DNA of 63,350 bases, the filler included, from Rhabdomonas costata (taxonomy: Eukaryota): the NCBI GenBank assembly GCA_019059605.1. It is 34 parts of 34 records of this genome, joined end to end, with 100 filler letters (N's around TTAATTAATTAA, not from the genome) between each part and the next. Parts side by side here need not be neighbours in the genome. Positions count along the whole stretch, not along the records: positions 59,721 to 61,485 come from JAHMHO010009382.1; positions 61,586 to 63,350 come from JAHMHO010009383.1; 32 more parts are not named here. One strand, given 5' to 3'. The position numbers and the translations under genes are program-made. The notes beneath the pieces are model-generated. The model saw only the letters and a program-made list of their open reading frames with translations, was not told the DNA's origin and searched no databases. This document shows positions 60,729 through 63,350 of the stretch, piece after piece. The stretch's first letter is position 1; each line of letters starts with the position of its first letter.

Positions 60729-63350
60729 GTAGCGCCTGTGGCCGGGAAGGGAACGAGAGGGGTTATTGCCCATCGGGAGACTTTTGTGCACGCATACGTG
60801 CCTGCCTTTATGATGAAAAGAACTTGGAGGCGCTCTTGGTTTCCTCTTCACCTTGCCTGCACCAGTAGCCATGAAACATGCCCTTTTCTGCAAAACGAAA
60901 ACTTTAAATTTTAGATCGTGATAATAATGTCAAAAATGTCATTGCATTATATGGACGGACTGTCACCTCAAAAGTAAAAGGTGACAGTAGGCGGTTGAAG
61001 ATCAGCCTGAAAAACAAGCGCAACTGCTATTTACCGGAACCCATTTTTTCACCACCTGGTTTTGCTTCCGAAAACGCCTGTTTTTGTGCACACTTTTTGT
61101 AAGTTGTGACTTTTTGAGGTGACGCGGACAATACAATGTTTGATCCCGGGGTTTGCTGAGTAGTAACGTACACAATGCCCCTCCTCCCCCGCAAGCCTGA
61201 TGAAAAAGGAAACAACAACCCTTGTCAGCTCCAAGCCAGAGAGAGAGAGAGAGAGAGTTGTTGCCCGCTTTCTTATTCTCCCATGTTTTCACCAGTTGTC
61301 CAGTCTTGACTATTCAAGACCTTCCATTACAAAGATATCAATGCTCGCAGGATTGGGAGGCCCGAAGCAGCCCAGCCTGTTCTTGGGTTACGGTTGTGAG
61401 GATGTGGAGATGATCCTGAGCTGAGCTTGTATTCTTTTTTCCGTGGAAGTGTGCAGCAGGGAAAACCAGGGAAAACCACCCCACANNNNNNNNNNNNNNN
61501 NNNNNNNNNNNNNNNNNNNNNNNNNNNNNTTAATTAATTAANNNNNNNNNNNNNNNNNNNNNNNNNNNNNNNNNNNNNNNNNNNNTGTGTAGAAAAGACG
61601 CTTGAATTTGACTTGCCGCAGTCTTTTTGTAAGGTTGTTATCGCATTGTTGCGTGCGATGATAGCACGCGTTCTTTTAATTTAAACAAAAATTTGGATCC
61701 TCTGAGTTTACCAACAAAGAGAGGATGTGTTTTTGTTTTGTGAAACATCGCTCCCAAGAAAACTACTCGAGTCATCAATTCTGCATGTGATCGCGAACGG
61801 TGCTTGTGATTAGCAGAATTATTTCAGAGAACCGGACTTGCCAAATCGACTCCGCCAAACGGGTATCGAATAAGCGACGTGTCTATCGGCCTAGCCCGAC
61901 TTCACATAAATACTGTGATAAAGGGTCGTCAAAGGTAATTGTGGTAATGGCATCTGGACCAAAGGCAAGGAAGAGGCAAGACATTGCAGCGTGCCACAGT
62001 TAGTCTTTTGATGTCAATTGGTGCGATCGGAGCCTTTTGAAAATGACAGTAATCTAACAAACTATTTTTATCCAGCTTCATCTTTGCAGGTGTGCTAACT
62101 AAACTGAAACTAGCCTGTTCTGCTGCATGCGACAATGAGTTTTCATGGCTGCTCCGTGGAGGTTTGGCTGTTTGACGCGCACGCTTTTCTAATGTGATAA
62201 TTGTGACCCCACACCACCTAAGCGTGCCTGAACTGGCTTTTGTTGTGTGTTTGCGATGAGTATTGTGATTTCCGCCTGCCGGAACCCCTTCCCCTTCAAC
62301 CAGGTATGATTGCAGTGACCAGAAGCCTCCAGCGTCAGCATGGGCACATTGTTTGAGTTGTCTGTTTGAACGTGAGATGTGTGCCAATGCGCAGCATTGT
62401 TTCACTGCCAAACCTGATATGTGCGGCATTGTGCGGCGCAACATTGTCGCACTGCTGATGAGGCTTTGTTTGCTGTGCTGTTTTAATGAAGTATGATGGA
62501 ACGTCCAGTTGAATGTCCAGATAAGCCAATGATGAGTAGAAATTACTGAGAATATGCTGGGGTAATTCTGTTTATGGCCTAAGATTTGTTGCCGGTATGT
62601 AGATGAACTATTTGCAATTTATTGTTTCGGAGTTTGAATTCTATTATTCCTTTTTTCCATAAGAACCCTGCCCTCTCTATTAATCACCATGAAAATGTGC
62701 TTTGCATGGAAAATGTCAGAAAGTTTGCTGCTTGAAAACCTATAATTGGATTAAGTCAGATCTTAATACCGAAGAGAAAAATGCGCACATGTGGATTCTA
62801 GATCATGTTTTTTTTCGGCCAAGCCAAGCAGACGGTCTGAGAAGCACGGGTGTATATTTGGATTCGCGCATTTTGACTTCGAGAAAAGGTAAAAAAAAGA
62901 CTCTGATAAAATGTCATGTTATTATCAAACTGCAATGAGATGCCACACATTGCAACGACAGTGTGGTGCAAACGGGTTTTGCAACTATAGACATCCTGCA
63001 AGTAGTAGTTTGAAAAGACGGAAAACGGGTTTCTTTCGAAACGAAAAGTTGTCTGAGAAGACGGAGCTGATTGAAAGAGGGCAAAAAAGAGAGATATGAA
63101 AGTCGCTTTTGAACTAAGTTTGCATTGTATGCAACTCAATTTCTGCATGCCTCCCTCATTGCATTCAACGTACTGAAACTTATTCAAATAACTCTCCGTG
63201 CCACACTGCTGCAAGATTCCTCATTTTGAAAGTGTCAAAGAGACGCTTGAAGTTGGACACTTAATTTTTGATGCAAAAAAATAGATTTCATTGATGGATG
63301 TAAATCAGTGATACATGTCGTGCATGTTAAGGAAAGATTCAAAACACCAC

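Noticed and set aside
1768-61585. Regularly spaced TTAATTAATTAA repeats as a CRISPR-like array or nanochromosome boundary
   Set aside because: They are embedded in fixed N runs and encode stops in all frames, so they are an assembly linker.
61586-63350. Minus-strand ORFs of 171 and 138 aa as a transposase
   Set aside because: No recognisable DDE or other motifs and no consistent exon structure.

Overview
This window is not contiguous DNA. It holds 34 unrelated contigs of about 1.76-1.77 kb, joined by 33 identical 100-nt linkers (N44-TTAATTAATTAA-N44). Most contigs begin with G/T-only and end with C/A-only bases, consistent with degenerate-primer whole-genome amplification of single-cell or low-input DNA. 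Most contigs are fragments of an intron-rich eukaryotic nuclear genome, probably a non-kinetoplastid euglenozoan. I could splice exons in frame for a Wee1-like kinase, MAPK-like kinase, PP2C (with a GC-AG intron), class III nucleotidyl cyclase, PB1, PDZ, Dpy-30 and WD40-like proteins, S1/P1 nuclease, disintegrin-repeat and EGF-like proteins, and a probable ADP-ribosyltransferase-ankyrin fusion. There is also one long-exon SGNH hydrolase. Mobile DNA includes three Ty3/gypsy pieces of one family, a decayed LINE RT, a tRNA-like SINE candidate and MITE-like repeats. One contig (11203-12969) stands out: it is very AT-rich and intronless, has an AAAATTGA motif and 3' hairpins, and encodes a prokaryote-type pRiA4b ORF-3-like protein and a degenerate MAPK. 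It is best read as a Mimiviridae-like giant virus fragment. All family assignments are from motif recognition by eye; no searches were run.
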